Shown here piece by piece: positions 38,470 to 51,709 of a DNA stretch of 64,000 nucleotides (positions are counted from its first letter, which is position 1; each line of letters begins with the position of its first letter). This stretch comes from Trichoplax sp. H2 (taxonomy: Eukaryota), in assembly GCA_003344405.1 (NCBI GenBank), contig NOWV01000024.1, positions 1-64,000 of the forward strand, written 5' to 3'. The notes below the pieces were generated by a model that saw nothing but the letters and a program-made list of their open reading frames with translations, made no database searches and was not told the DNA's origin. The translations under genes were made by a program, and so were the position numbers.

Positions 38470-41400
38470 ATGCCAGTTATGAGCTACATAAAGAGCTTTA
38501 TCAGTATTAAGGTATCTAATTGTATGTATATGCTGTGCAAATATACAATATATACTAATTAATATGTACGATTGCTATCCATTTTGAAATATCAATGAAT
38601 GCAGAGTTTCGATTTCTATATCGTTAAATTATTATCTTCAATTTAGATATGAGCTTGCGACTATTCAACATGAACTACTGGCAAGAGATTTATTAGTAGC
38701 CCAGGGCATATTGTATATCAGGAATTATATGATTGTCATTAATCTATAAAATACTAGCATATAACGTCGTGTCTTATTCTTTGTGTATAATTGATTCTTC
38801 AGTTTACTTACTGGTGTTGAAGTACCATGAATTGCTGGAATGGAACTGACTACTTTATGATGCTTATGTACAGACCTCCTAATGATCATGATGATTATCA
38901 ATAAAAATAAATATAAATAACACTTCAACGTTCCATCATTTTGCGTAAGAGTCTATGTCTAACATATATTGGAAAGGGAAAGATAATCACTTATAGACTG
39001 TAATATCTTCATCTACATATCTAAAGTACTATTTGTAATTCTTATGAATTCCCTCGAGATAGCGACATAAAATTTCATTATTCTGTATAATGTGTGCATG
39101 AAGTCTTTACCTGCCATGATCTAGACTAGAAAGGTCTTAGTAATCTACATTATAATACTTATTTAGAACATCGATGATTATCAACTTTGAATAGCATTTA
39201 AAGACCCCTTACTAGATGGAAGGCCTTTATATCTGCTTAATTTATAGTTTGGACTAGGAAGAGAAAGAGATTAATTATTACGTTAGTAATCCTTCCTCAG
39301 TTTTTTTAGATTGGAAGAAATTGTAATGAAGTAAACTTTACTACTTATGGCACTTTGGAATTCTTTTATTAGCTATCACAGTTCAATTTTATTGAAAAGA
39401 TTGACTTGTCTATAGTACTGCTACATAAACATCAATTATATATGATCGTATCTTAGAAATGATTATTTAAATAGGCATCTATCTAATACAGATATATAAA
39501 ACATAGTCGATGAAACCGTTTTCTGTAAATTGCAATTAAAGGTCATCTAATGATAATTAAGTTACCGCTGTTATGTAAAAGTTACTTCGTAACAGTAACA
39601 TTCTATTATTATTCTTTTTTAATGTACGACTCTATGCTGAGCCTTCATTCTCTTATACAGTATATTTTTCCTGATTATCTTACTCATTTAAGGCAATTTT
39701 GATCATTCATATATTCCCAGTTATCTAGGATACATTTTTCATTTCAAGTGATGCCATTTGTACCTGCAGGATCCAAGATCACCGGCAACCGATCCTGGCT
39801 CTCTATTTGCATATGGTAATTTCGATCATTTTTATATCTTAAATTACTTTGGATGGATTTTAAATAATTTTATTTGCACTTAATGAGCGTTGGACTGCAA
39901 AACTAGTAGAGGAGAAGCTCAGCTATCACGTGATTGGCGCCGCGTCTTCTTGAACTTGCCGATATCAAGTCACTTAGGAGTAGAAATAAAACGCATTCAA
40001 TATTTGACCCTTATACTTGAGTAAGTTATCACTAGAGCGTCTAGATTGCTCTATTAGCGTCTTTTTTATCCAATCTAACCAATGTCAACATTGGCAATAG
40101 AAAGATAAGCTATACTATGGTCAGTTTTAATATCCATGATTGCAACATTGATCTATTGGAGAACTTATGGGCAGAATACAATAGATTATTAAATTTACTA
40201 TTCTTCTTCATCATAGAAGGCGTTGCTATCTGATGTCTCTATTGAATAAGATATAATTCAAATTCAAGCTATTTTATCAATTATAAATGATTAAATCAAT
40301 CAATCATCGATTATTTCCAATCCATTATTATTTGATTAAATCATCACCCAGTGATAGAGACTAGTGTTGTCAAATGATACAAGTGGAATACTTTGATTGA
40401 CCGACGATGATGTTATAGGATAAACAACGCGATCTAGTTGATCTAGGATGATCATCAAGGCAGCATTTCCATCAATCTTCTTGATGGTAGTCGACTTTGA
40501 CTTGGGGCGTTATTCTATTGTTTTCCAAGTTATTATACAGTTGTTGCACTTGATAATCTTTATCCTAGTCATCAACAAACTATCTTATGTTTCATCTTGT
40601 AATCGCCATTCTTTTTTCTCAATCAAGAAATGTTATTGACTAATATAGAATTCAATCATTACAATTACTCCTAAGAAGAACTGTTATGTTACAAATTCAT
40701 CGTACTCATCACTTCCATTCCTTTACTATCTGCACAGTTAATGATTTGACCTTGTTTGTATTTTTACACTCCTACTCTCCGATCATCAATTCATTGATAA
40801 TATCCTTCTTGATCAATCTATTTCCAACAACAAGTTAACAAGTAAAGCTTAATCTCCACCATAGTAACGTTATCATTGGATGATCAATTTAGATTGAAAC
40901 GTTGCACAGCCAAGGTAAACAACTTATTAAAACAAAATACTTGAGAGTAGCATAACGAATAGCTTCTATTTAACGAATAATATCGTTTGAATTAATTTAT
41001 TCATATTGACAGTCCAACTCTAAAATTAAAATTTTATACGCAATATGGTCAGATAGTTAAATAGCAAGATCATTGGATAGCATCATTATTTTAGCCCGAT
41101 CAAATACATACTTTTCAACGTAAAATTATTCTTGTAACACTTTATCCAACCATAGTATCGCTTACGTATTTAGATTATCCTACAACTTTCTATTAGCGTT
41201 TTCATCGTCATCACGTACAGTAGATTAATGGCTATTGAAGAAATTTCGCGTAGTAGTCTGAGTTGTATGCTGAGTAATCCATTTAAGATAGGCCCATCGA
41301 CAGTGTTAGAATCGTCTATACAATAATCTTATCATGTCCATCGGTGATTATCCATTCGGATATTGACTCGAACAGTAAATTAACTAAAATAATAACTATC

Positions 41401-44400
41401 GATAGTATCCTACATGGCAAATTATAAACATTAATTATCACCTTTGTCTGCAGCTAATCAAGCGATACATCTATACTAAAATAACTTTGGCTACAAACTT
41501 GTGAACAATAACGATAATCGTTTCTTACTCCATCATTATCGACTGGATAACTTGTCATCAAAAGTAAAAATTGGTAAGTTCAAGGTACCGGTAGTTTATA
41601 GGAATAAATCGTTTTCAGCTTGTTCCTACCGAAATATGCTGTCATGTTCAATTAGAGGAGTAATTTAAAAAATTAACTGCATCGGATCGCTGACTAACTG
41701 CCTTGATTAATCGGACTGATTGGATGAGATGAAGATTGGAGTAAATCGATTTAAATTTTATATCAATTTCTTTCCGTCTTGATACCATCTTGACCACGAA
41801 ATGACACGTTGAAAGTATCATTTGGGAAAATTCCCTTTTCGACTTCATTTGTAATTAGTAGAAAAAGAACAGAAGAGCCATGGTGTATTGTTCCATCATG
41901 ACAAAAAGCACTCCATAAGGGAATTTTAGACAGGTTGTGGTTTGAGTCGAGGCATGGCTACTTTTTCGTTATTTTCGAATCGATTTTCCTTACGATAATT
42001 CGTATAAGCGTGAAATTTTTGACATAATGGGATAAAGTTAAAGCAAAAGTTATCTGTTTGATTAAAGATTGACGTTGAATAGCACTAAAATTTGTTTAAA
42101 TTCCATAAACCTATAATGCAATTAGACGTAACTGAGTTAGACAAATACGTTTACGCGATGGGCGGCCATCCATCTCGGCATGGAGGACGATCTATTACCG
42201 TAATTATTTGATTTACTAACTTTTTGTTGTACGCAGTATAGGTAAACGATGAAAATTTAAATTGAACTAAATCGATCTCATTAGCAATCTTGAGTGTTGT
42301 GCTTTAGAAGTATCGCGAGCGATTAGAGTAACTTGTATCACAGTTCATTACGGTAGTAAATAAATGGATCGGTTAAGATCCGGTTATGTTTAAAGCGAAT
42401 CTTCTCTAACAACCAGGATCATTCAAAGGGGAAGAAGGATTAGATGTGATCGCTTTCTTAACACCTTAGCATTGGTTAGTCACTCTTAAAACAGGCTTAG
42501 ATTGACTACATGGAGTGTCTATCCCTAAGCATTCGTAAAAATATTTGCCATTTTGACATAAACGTGTCGCATATTCACTTTACGTTGGACTATTAGTATA
42601 GCATGAATCAATTCTGCCTTAGAGTTTGAGTAATAATTTTAATTTTCTTATATCCGATTGTCAAGGGTTTCTTTCACAACTGTTTGTGGTTAAACAACCC
42701 TTCTATAGATTCTTTAACTTGATTATGAGGCAGTATTGAAGAGAGATGTTATTAAATCTATTCTTGTAAATAAAAATTTACTTGATCATTTTTGGATACG
42801 CTCCCCTACTTTATTTTTAAAATTCTACTGTTATATTTCAAGCGACTGTCATGATTAGAATAGGAATAACTAATTGAATAGCCATATAAATTCGGCTGAC
42901 TATCATAGTAAATGTAAGCAATTTAGCCATTCCATGAAGACATGGTACAGTTTTGATTCACAAATGTTCCCAAGCTACTTTGATTTGTTGTGCTATCGGT
43001 TTATTCGGATACTTTTAGATATAAAGTCGATCGCTTGATTTTATCATCTTTATCTCTTATTTTATGGATAATCCTACATGATAGACTGAAATTAAATTAT
43101 TACAAGGTGTTTTATTGCTATTTTATTACTTAGATAAGGCCGTATTTGTAACTTCTTTATTCAAATTACTTTGATTTGTTATCTAAACAGCTTATTCGGT
43201 TACTTTTAGATAAGCAATCGACCATTCCCTTCCATCATTTCCTTCCTTATTTTAGGGATCATTCAACATGATAAATTGTAGCCAAGTCGCTATCAGCCAT
43301 GACATAATGATAGAGATCTCCATATTTTCAAACTGTGTTCATTACCTTGTGTTCTTCCGGGAAAGCGTAAAGTTTCGAATAGAACAGTGAACTTTATTTA
43401 TAAGATCTAAATGGTTCCCTTTAGTTTTCTATACATAAGCATAATTCAATTAAAAATCAAGTCAACTCGATAATTTGTGATTATATAATAATGACAGGAC
43501 GGGTTAACATCTCTTTTATCCCATGCAGAAGAATTATTTAGTCAAGACTTATTTATTTACTTACAGATTAATTGTAGATTAAGTTAAAGTATCATTCTCC
43601 GTAAACTGCTAAATCGGAACAGAGTTAGCAAGCTTTGAAGCAATAATGACACTCATCTTTCAACTTCAATGAGTCCAATTTGTAGTATATTTAAAGGCGT
43701 AGAATTTATATCCACAAGTCTACATAGACGCAAATTAAAGTGACTAATATGTTCATTGTATAATTACGCCATATATGGCTATTTAATAAGCCTCATTTCA
43801 TATTTTATAGCTTTAAAGGGCAAAAAATTTGTCAAAGTCTCCGTAAAATTATTGAACGATATTTCATATCAACACTTTTTCTCAGTATCACTTAATTTTG
43901 TTTTACTGTGAACACGTTTTAATCCAGTTTAATTTTGAGAATAACACATTCATGAATTGCTTGTTATTTTATACGGTAGTATTGCTATCTAGAAAATTTA
44001 ACGTCATGAAAAATTAAAATATTTTCGGGATTAGCGTAAGACTTTCTTCCTCTTAACATATTGCTATGCAAAAACTGTTAGAAATGGATGGGATATTATA
44101 AAATTGGATTTGTATACTATCATTTCATTTCAATATGGGCCTTAATAATTAATTAATGCTGGTGATTCTCTACTAGACATTCTTCCGCTAACCTTGCTTT
44201 ATAAAATTTGTTAGAAAAAGTATAGATGTATTTAATCATTCCTGAGCCCGTATTTCATTTCGACTTGAGCTTGGCTAATATTAGTTAGTCTTTGCTAGAC
44301 TTTCGACAACTCTACTATGTAAAACTGTTAGAAATCGGAGTAATATCAAAATCTATGTTGTAATGAGTAGACTCTCATTTAGTTTCTAAAAGGATTTAAT

Positions 44401-46006
44401 TAATAATAAACAGTCTTTACAAGACTGTTTATGGCAACTTTGTAATTTGAAACTATTAGAAATCGATATAATATTAAAAAATCCATTTAGTTGTCCATAG
44501 ACCCTCATCTGCTTTCTTGAAAGAATTTTAATTAATATCAGACAGCTCTAGGAAGATTTTCTTTGGACAATTTTGTCATATAAAACTGTTAGAAATCGAG
44601 ATAAATTTAGAGATGTATTTGTGTATCCGTATTTTAATTTCAAGATGACTTTAATTCATATTGGTTAGTCTTTCCATCGCCTATATTGATTAATCGCCTT
44701 AAAGTTAAACTTAAGTCTTTGATAAGCAAGATGGATGGACTATTTAGTCACTTGATTCATCAAATTTAAAGTCATTTATCTGATCATGTATAGCTGCTTT
44801 CTACTCCTTTAATTCACTTTAACGGTAGAAATAATAATTGAAGAAACGGCATAGAAATAACTGTTTAATTATAGATTACATTAAAGTGATTATCTGAACG
44901 CATTATAAGTTCCATACTCCGATCTGAAAAGTCTTTGCTGTTATTGGCTAAAACTAATTAAAATGTAAATTAATTCCAGCTGTGACCAACTTTTAAATCT
45001 CTGTTGCTCTTGCCTAATTAATTGCAGCTTAAGTGTTCATTATTCAACAAGATTTCTTTCCTGACAGCATTGAATGTTTCATTTGATTAACGTATTGAAC
45101 ATTGTAATACTCGTAATTAATTAAAAAATAGCCTACAATAAATCGTGTTATTTTTAACTTTAAAATATTAGTTTTCTGCTCATCTGTGGCCTTACATGGA
45201 AAGTAGAGAGACATGAAAGTATTTTAATTTAATGCTTGGACTCTTTCCGTAACCGTTAAATTAAAGCGCTGTCCCGAAATTCTTATATTAAAGGTTTTGG
45301 TAATGCAATTTAGCCAACTGGCGAAGCTATAGTATTGACCGTTTATTATATATAAATTTCCATCATAAGTTGTTCTATATCCATCCTTAGCCAATCAGAA
45401 TAAATTTCGGTCAATATTGCACTTATTTCAATTGGCTGTAAATTGGTAACTTGAAGGGACTAAATCATGCGAATATTTAATCTTTGCTGATGTACTCATG
45501 CGATTATTACAATATATTATTTCAGTCAAGTTATCTCGGCTTCTCTATAGTTAGTGGGATAAAGTTCAAGTTTATATCTATGTATTCAGCCCCTTTTATT
45601 CTCTATTTTCCTATTTATACTAAACGGATTTCAATGCGTAAATCAAATAACCTAACAAGTATTTTTCGAAAATTGTACTGCTATCGTCAAATTATCCTTA
45701 ACGACTGATATTAACTCGAATAGAGCTAGAAATATGAGTATAGCCTTTACTAAATACCTAAGTATTCTACATCAAAATACGACTGAAACGTCTCATAAAA
45801 AGTAGTGAAAAATCGAATTTCGCCGGTGATTGCAATAAAGACTGCGCCATCCATATACTGATTCTGATCGATTTCTCATCCGAAGTGATAATAATTCTAT
45901 ATTACAATGAATATTATTTATAACAATTCTGTTGTTTCCATGCAGAATCGGAAAGATTAAACGCCCTTGAAACCTTTCTACTTACTGAAAAGTCAAGAAG
46001 AAAGCG
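38470..46006 (+). CDS. Putative small 5' coding exons of the CAP-Gly gene (38470-38511, 39770-39815, 45946-46006)
   Basis: GT-AG sites and phases (0,1,2) join in frame to the exon at 46248, giving MPVMSYIKSFISIK-DPRSPATDPGSLFAY-ESERLNALETFLLTEKSRRKR-KMSSG. There is no homology support. Confidence 0.45.
42976..43290. repeat. Diverged direct repeat pair, offset about 190 bp
   Basis: 'tactttgatttgtt...ttattcgg(a/t)tacttttagata...tcga...atcat...cttatttta...acatgata' at about 42977 and 43167. Confidence 0.75.
44060..44680. repeat. Degenerate tandem repeat, unit about 120-133 bp, 5 copies
   Basis: The core 'aaaactgttagaaat' or a variant occurs at 44071, about 44203, 44321, about 44449 and 44582; the intervening sequence is similar between copies. 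Confidence 0.7.
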
Positions 46007-46247
46007 GTAAGATATTCTTTATGGTAAATATTCTATATAAACATATGTTGGTATGCTTACATCCTGAAGTATCTGTATTTTGCAATCTTAATGGATCACA
46101 GATTTTGTTGGCTATAATTAAATGTGCTCCTCTTTTAAATATGACAACGAAACACGATCGTTGTATACTTTAAAATTAGAAAAATTAATTCAAAAGTCCT
46201 CTATCCTTTCAGTAAACTAGAATGTGCTATTTTTATTGTCATTGTAG

Positions 46248-49200
46248 AAAAATGTCCTCCGGTGACAACGTTGATATTAGTGAAATTTCACCATCTTATA
46301 ATCCATCTAATGGCGACGTTAAACAAATGAAAGAGAAGAGCACCATTAAAGTGTATAAGAAAACGACTTCAGCTAGCAATCCATTCCTAAAGCAAGCTCG
46401 TTATCGTCGAAGTACTGCTTCTGCCAGCGATACTTCGAGCACAGATGATTTATCACCGACTGCTTGTGATCCACCTATGATTACCAATCGATTTATTGGA
46501 CGTCCACGCCATGTAACTCCCTATAGAGCAGAAAATGAGACATCCAATGGCAATTATGGCCATCAAATCTATGTCAGACAAATCAATAATAGGAAAAAAG
46601 AAACGATATCGCCTTATTCGGGCAATTCAGAAAGCAATACCAATTCATTATCGCCGTCTCGACATAGTTCATTTTCATCCTTTAGCACTACAAGTACGGA
46701 TAATGCTGAAAATAAATTATCCGGCCATACGTTAAATAGTCCTGTTAGTGACAAGAGTGGTTATTCACCATCAAGTGAAGGCTTTAATGATGATTGGAAG
46801 GATAATCTTACAGCAACATCAGTGACTCCATGTCAAGTTGACGAAGCATTAGCATTGGAAACCGACAGCAATCATACATTAAGTAACGATTTATCAGAGT
46901 CTCATCATTATAGTAATGGCTATACCGATCCAGAGCCATCGATTACTGTCAATGGTAATAGTATTGATAGTATGAACGGCAGTTCTTATTTAATTGAAGA
47001 TACTCTTGTTAACGGTGGCCAAGAAGTAGTAGAAAATGGCCAACATCATGATCATCCTAATGGGAATTATCACGATCTTGGCAATCATCGTGATGAAAAA
47101 CATGATGTTATTGAGAATGATAGCCATGGAATAGATTCCGATGATGAATATGAAAATAAAACTATTGTTGAGGCAGAAACGATGGAAACAATTGTTGATT
47201 TGAATGGTGATCAAAATCATCAAGATAATCCAGCCCCTGATCAATTGATAGGAATAATACAAGATCCTGCTGAAATAGTTGAGACACAACGACAAGATCA
47301 AGAATTAAATCAACAAACCGCAATCGAAGATCAACAGGAGAACATGAATAGAGATTCTTTACTGTCTTCTATCAGCCATGGCGAAGATATGATAAGCAAA
47401 GGTGACCATGATGAAAGTAATGCCGAAAATTATCCATCTACTATTATAGATCAAGTGGAAGAGACTACAAAGAACGATGATAATTCTACAGAAGTTCATG
47501 TGGAAGCCAGCGAAGGCGATAATTCTTCTGTTGTCAAAGTGGATGTTAGTTCAGATGCTATATTTACTGATCGGAATAGTTCACCATTGCTGCAAGATCT
47601 TAACAAAGAGGTTTGTCCTAATCGATGGACTAATATATTGCTGCACGTGAAAAGTGTTTTTGAATTGCACTGATTAATTTTATTCTTGATGATGTTTATG
47701 ATTGATAGTTCGATCCATTGACTAAAATTGATCGCCCAAATAGCCTGACTGCAACCGAAGATATAACACCAGTTTCCGATCTGATTTCGTATCGTTATCA
47801 TCCAACAGAATCAATACTTCAACAAATTTATGATTTAGAACAAAAAATAATGGATGTTGCTGTAGAGGAAGAGCAAGAATTGCTACCGGTAAATAACTAT
47901 TAGCCACTATCAATAGATAATGAAAGTGTTGTCAGTGTAGATTGGATTTTTAATTTTAAACAACATCGGATTATCACTACTCTACGTCTTTGCATCAATT
48001 GCTGAATCATGGATTACTAAATTACCATTTGGTTTTTAGTATTCCTCAGTAGAAAATTATAGGATGGTTTAAATTGTTCTCTAACGGATCAATGCTTAAA
48101 TTTATAACTAACATCATAAAATTATCCCTAATTTCTGTTATAGAATGAACAAGACGATTCTGATATGCAAAATTCTACAGCACCTGAAAGCATGAACGAA
48201 GCCTTACTCCAAATTAACAAATTGAATCAACAAAATCGTGAACTACGTCGAAGAAACAACGCTCTTGTTGGCCATATTAAAAATAGAAACGATCAGCTAC
48301 ATCTAATTAGACGAGAAAATCTATTACTACTTGCTGAACGTAAAAAAATGATCGGTCGGTCGTCTAATGTAGGCATTGATATCCATTTAGCATTGGAAAG
48401 AACAGCCGAGGCTTCTCAGCTGAAATATACTAAAGATGAAATTAATCGCATGAATGATGAAGGTATATTTCAAGATCATGCCCATAAGAATCGATGCCTT
48501 GAGTCTGCTGAAGCTTCGAATGTTGATAAATTGATAAATAGGTCGTTTTCAAATGAGCAAATATTAATGTATCAGGATAATGAGCTGCTGAAGAAAGATT
48601 CTAAAATAGATCAAAAATCGAACACAGATAGAGTTGTGCCAAATTCCGTGGAAAGTTTTGATCACAAAAGCATAGTTTCATCGGCTATGAATTCTTATGG
48701 TTTAGAGGATTTAAAATTGGATAATAACAATTGGCGTACCGCAATAGATGTTAGCAGAACCGTCAATTCTTTAGAGAGTCATAATCAGGATGATGTCGGT
48801 AAACCAATAAAATTTCACGAAGATAATCGTCTTCATTCTAACCAAATTATGGGTTCGAAATCATCATTTCATCGATACTATACAGATTCATCAAAATTTA
48901 TGCAATCTTCAATCGGAAATAGTTCAACAACATCTGTTTCCAGTAACATTTTTGATACAAGCTCTAATATTGACGAAAAATATTTCAAAGCATTAGCAAA
49001 TGATAACTTAAGCTATACTTCATCTAAAAGGGACGAGAGAATAAAGTTAGCGGAGGATAAGGATATACTTCTCCCCAAATCCTCTAATATTGGGAAATTT
49101 ACCGATGATGATGAATTTAATATAGATCTTAGTGGTAGTTTACACAGGACTGATTATAGCACCTATGAATCACCTCGGTACCGCGACAGATCAAGTTATT

Positions 49201-50200
49201 CGTCTCCTCGATCATTAAAAGTTGGAGAAATAACATCCAGTGCTAACACTGATTGCCCAAGGTAAAAATTACTCCTACTTCAATAGACTAGCGTAATATA
49301 TGATTATTATGTAACTATTTTAATAGCATTAAGCATTTTCTCAAGCCAAAATATGCGAGATTTACGATAGATAGCATACGTAGCATTAAGCAATTTGTCA
49401 GCAATGAAGGATATGAATATTTAGAATAAATAGAATAAAACATAAAGCTTTTTATCCTTCTTAATTCTCAAGTATATTTTGATAACTAAGAGTTCTTCTT
49501 TTAGACAAATAGCCTATTTAGTAATGCCTACAGCAAACGATTACATCATCTATGTGAAATACATTTATCATGTAACCTTAAATGATATCCTGTGCTGCTA
49601 TAATATATCAGTCGTTTCAATACTTACAGAGGCTGGCCTAGCAGTCCGATGAATGAAGGTGAGATCAGGGTTGGATCCGTTGTTAGGATTAATTCCGTTA
49701 CAACAAGAAAATCAGTGGTTGGAACTGTAAAATATAAAGGCAGTATAGGTGGGAAGGCTGGTGTACATTTTGGAATTTTATTAGATACTCAAGGTTAGTA
49801 CATGCCTATAACGTTAGTAGATTCATTTAGTTGAATACTTAGACATGGAATAATAATGATTTACTACTTTATTATTAAACTCTTCTTAATGTAGATGGAA
49901 ACAGCGACGGCAAACATGATGGCAAAAGATACTTTTACTGGTAGGTGAAATACTTATTTATCTTTCATTAGATAGTATATTTTCATAATGCATTATATTT
50001 TGTTGCTTCTTCTGGCTATATTATCAATGCTGTCTTTTCAGCTATTGGTTTTATATGCATAAGATTGATCTATCTTCTTTGAGTTTCAGATAAATGATTA
50101 TGATTTTTCTTCAATAATTGTATCATTTCTTACTGTTTTCAGTAAATCTGGCTATGGCATTTTTGTACCTTTTGGCAAGATCGTCATGGTTTTCAAATAA
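46248..50200 (+). CDS. Large Ser/Asn/acidic low-complexity protein with a short coiled coil and a C-terminal CAP-Gly domain
   Basis: Exons 46248-47610, 47709-47888, 48144-49261, 49630-49793, 49895-49940 and 50143-50200 join in frame. The C-terminus IRVGSVVRI...VGTVKYKGSIGGKAGVHFGILLDTQDGNSDGKHDGKRYFYCKSGYGIFVPFGKI is a CAP-Gly pattern. The coiled coil is LLQINKLNQQNRELRRRNNAL. The first in-exon ATG is 46252. Confidence 0.85.
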
Positions 50201-51709
50201 CTATCGTAATTATCTCACGTTTTTTAACACAACTCAAAACCAATCTTCTATTGAAATGTAATTAAACTGCGTTTTATCAGGATTTACTTTGATATATATG
50301 TACATTCAAGGATATATTTATACTTGTATCTTTTTAAACTTATTATCCAGTTGTTTATTTAAATCTGATTGAAGATTTTATATTGTTTCTAATGAAGTTT
50401 GATGGAGAATTGTGTTGCGTAACTAACGACATCGTATAAAATCAATTTGTTTAGATTCGACTAAAGATGTTTATTTATTATTACCTATCATATGTAAAAG
50501 TATACACTGTTACGCTCAGATCAATTCTACATGAGTGATCGTACTCATGTCGCATAGATACTATAACTAACTTTCACTATTGTGATATATTACAATCTTA
50601 GACCAATTCAGTAACTGTAATTTCTCATTTGCTTAACTATTTACAATTATTCTTATTTTATGTATTTGCATATTAGTACACCTATTTATGTGTACTATGT
50701 ATAAAAGAACGAAGTAACTACAGATGATGTACCATCATTTACTATGCTGTTACCATTTGTTAAATATGAGAAATTAGTCAACTTTTTATAGCATTAATAA
50801 CCGTTAGCAGTGGTTAATATCTGAACTATCGATTCTTTCGTATTTTTTTTAGAAGTTTTGCTTTACACGTAGATATTACATATATATGCAAAGTACACTT
50901 GTACCATGGTAGCTGCATTAATAATGATTATCATGCAAAACAAATTACGTAGCATATTTATAGATAAAAAGTCGCAAATAATCATTCCCCAAATGATTGT
51001 CAGTATCACAAAGATTTATATATCCGCCAAGTATCGTAACAAGAGGCTTAGACGTTAACATACCGTTACACAGTAGTCGGTTACAACATTTTTTGAAGCA
51101 TAGAATAGACCATAGCTAAATATATCACATCGGCGCAAGCACGTTCTCATACTCAAATTCTTGTTGATTTTTAACAAGGATCATATGCTATATTTTAGTA
51201 ATTTTAATAAATAACTTGTGCTGATGCTAAGTAGCCTTACAATCATTAATAAGTGCAGAATTTCATAGTAAACTGTACACACGATATACGGTATACATAA
51301 ATGCATCAATTACACCGTATATTGCTACAAACGCAAATAAAAAATCATTTTTAAAACAATCTTAAAAAACTTGGTTATATTACATTACAAAGGTTCAGCA
51401 ATCCTGACGGATAAAATGTATGTAAATCGATATTATTGATCACTGCTTCCATTTCAAAAGAAGCTATATTTACAATTTAAAGTACTTTACAGGTGTCCAA
51501 TCTGCAACTTATAGAATCTGTATAAAATCTTTTTATACTAAAAGTATCAAAATGATTTAAGTTTAGTTGAGTATCAGTTATAAACATTCCTTATCTAACA
51601 AAAAGTAGGCCTTCGAGTCAGATCATGCCTATGACTGCAGATTGGAGCTTTATATTTTAAGTGCGATTCTTTGCAAAAAATTTAATACGCTGACATCACC
51701 CTAATGCAA

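Noticed and set aside
42157..42474. Possible alternative first exon MGGHPSRHGGRSIT for the CAP-Gly gene
   Set aside because: The splice phases do not join to the downstream exon without a stop.
44060..44680. Regularly spaced 'aaaactgttagaaat' cores resembling a CRISPR array
   Set aside because: The cores are short and degenerate, the spacers resemble each other, the context is eukaryotic and there are no cas genes. It is a decayed tandem repeat.
46535..47913. Alternative-frame and antisense ORFs within the CAP-Gly gene
   Set aside because: They are explained by codon bias of the real plus-strand exons.
50530..50550. Hairpin ACATGAGT-gatcgt-ACTCATGT, and a similar short one near 2426-2446
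   Set aside because: Stems of 8 bp or less are expected by chance and match no RNA element I know.
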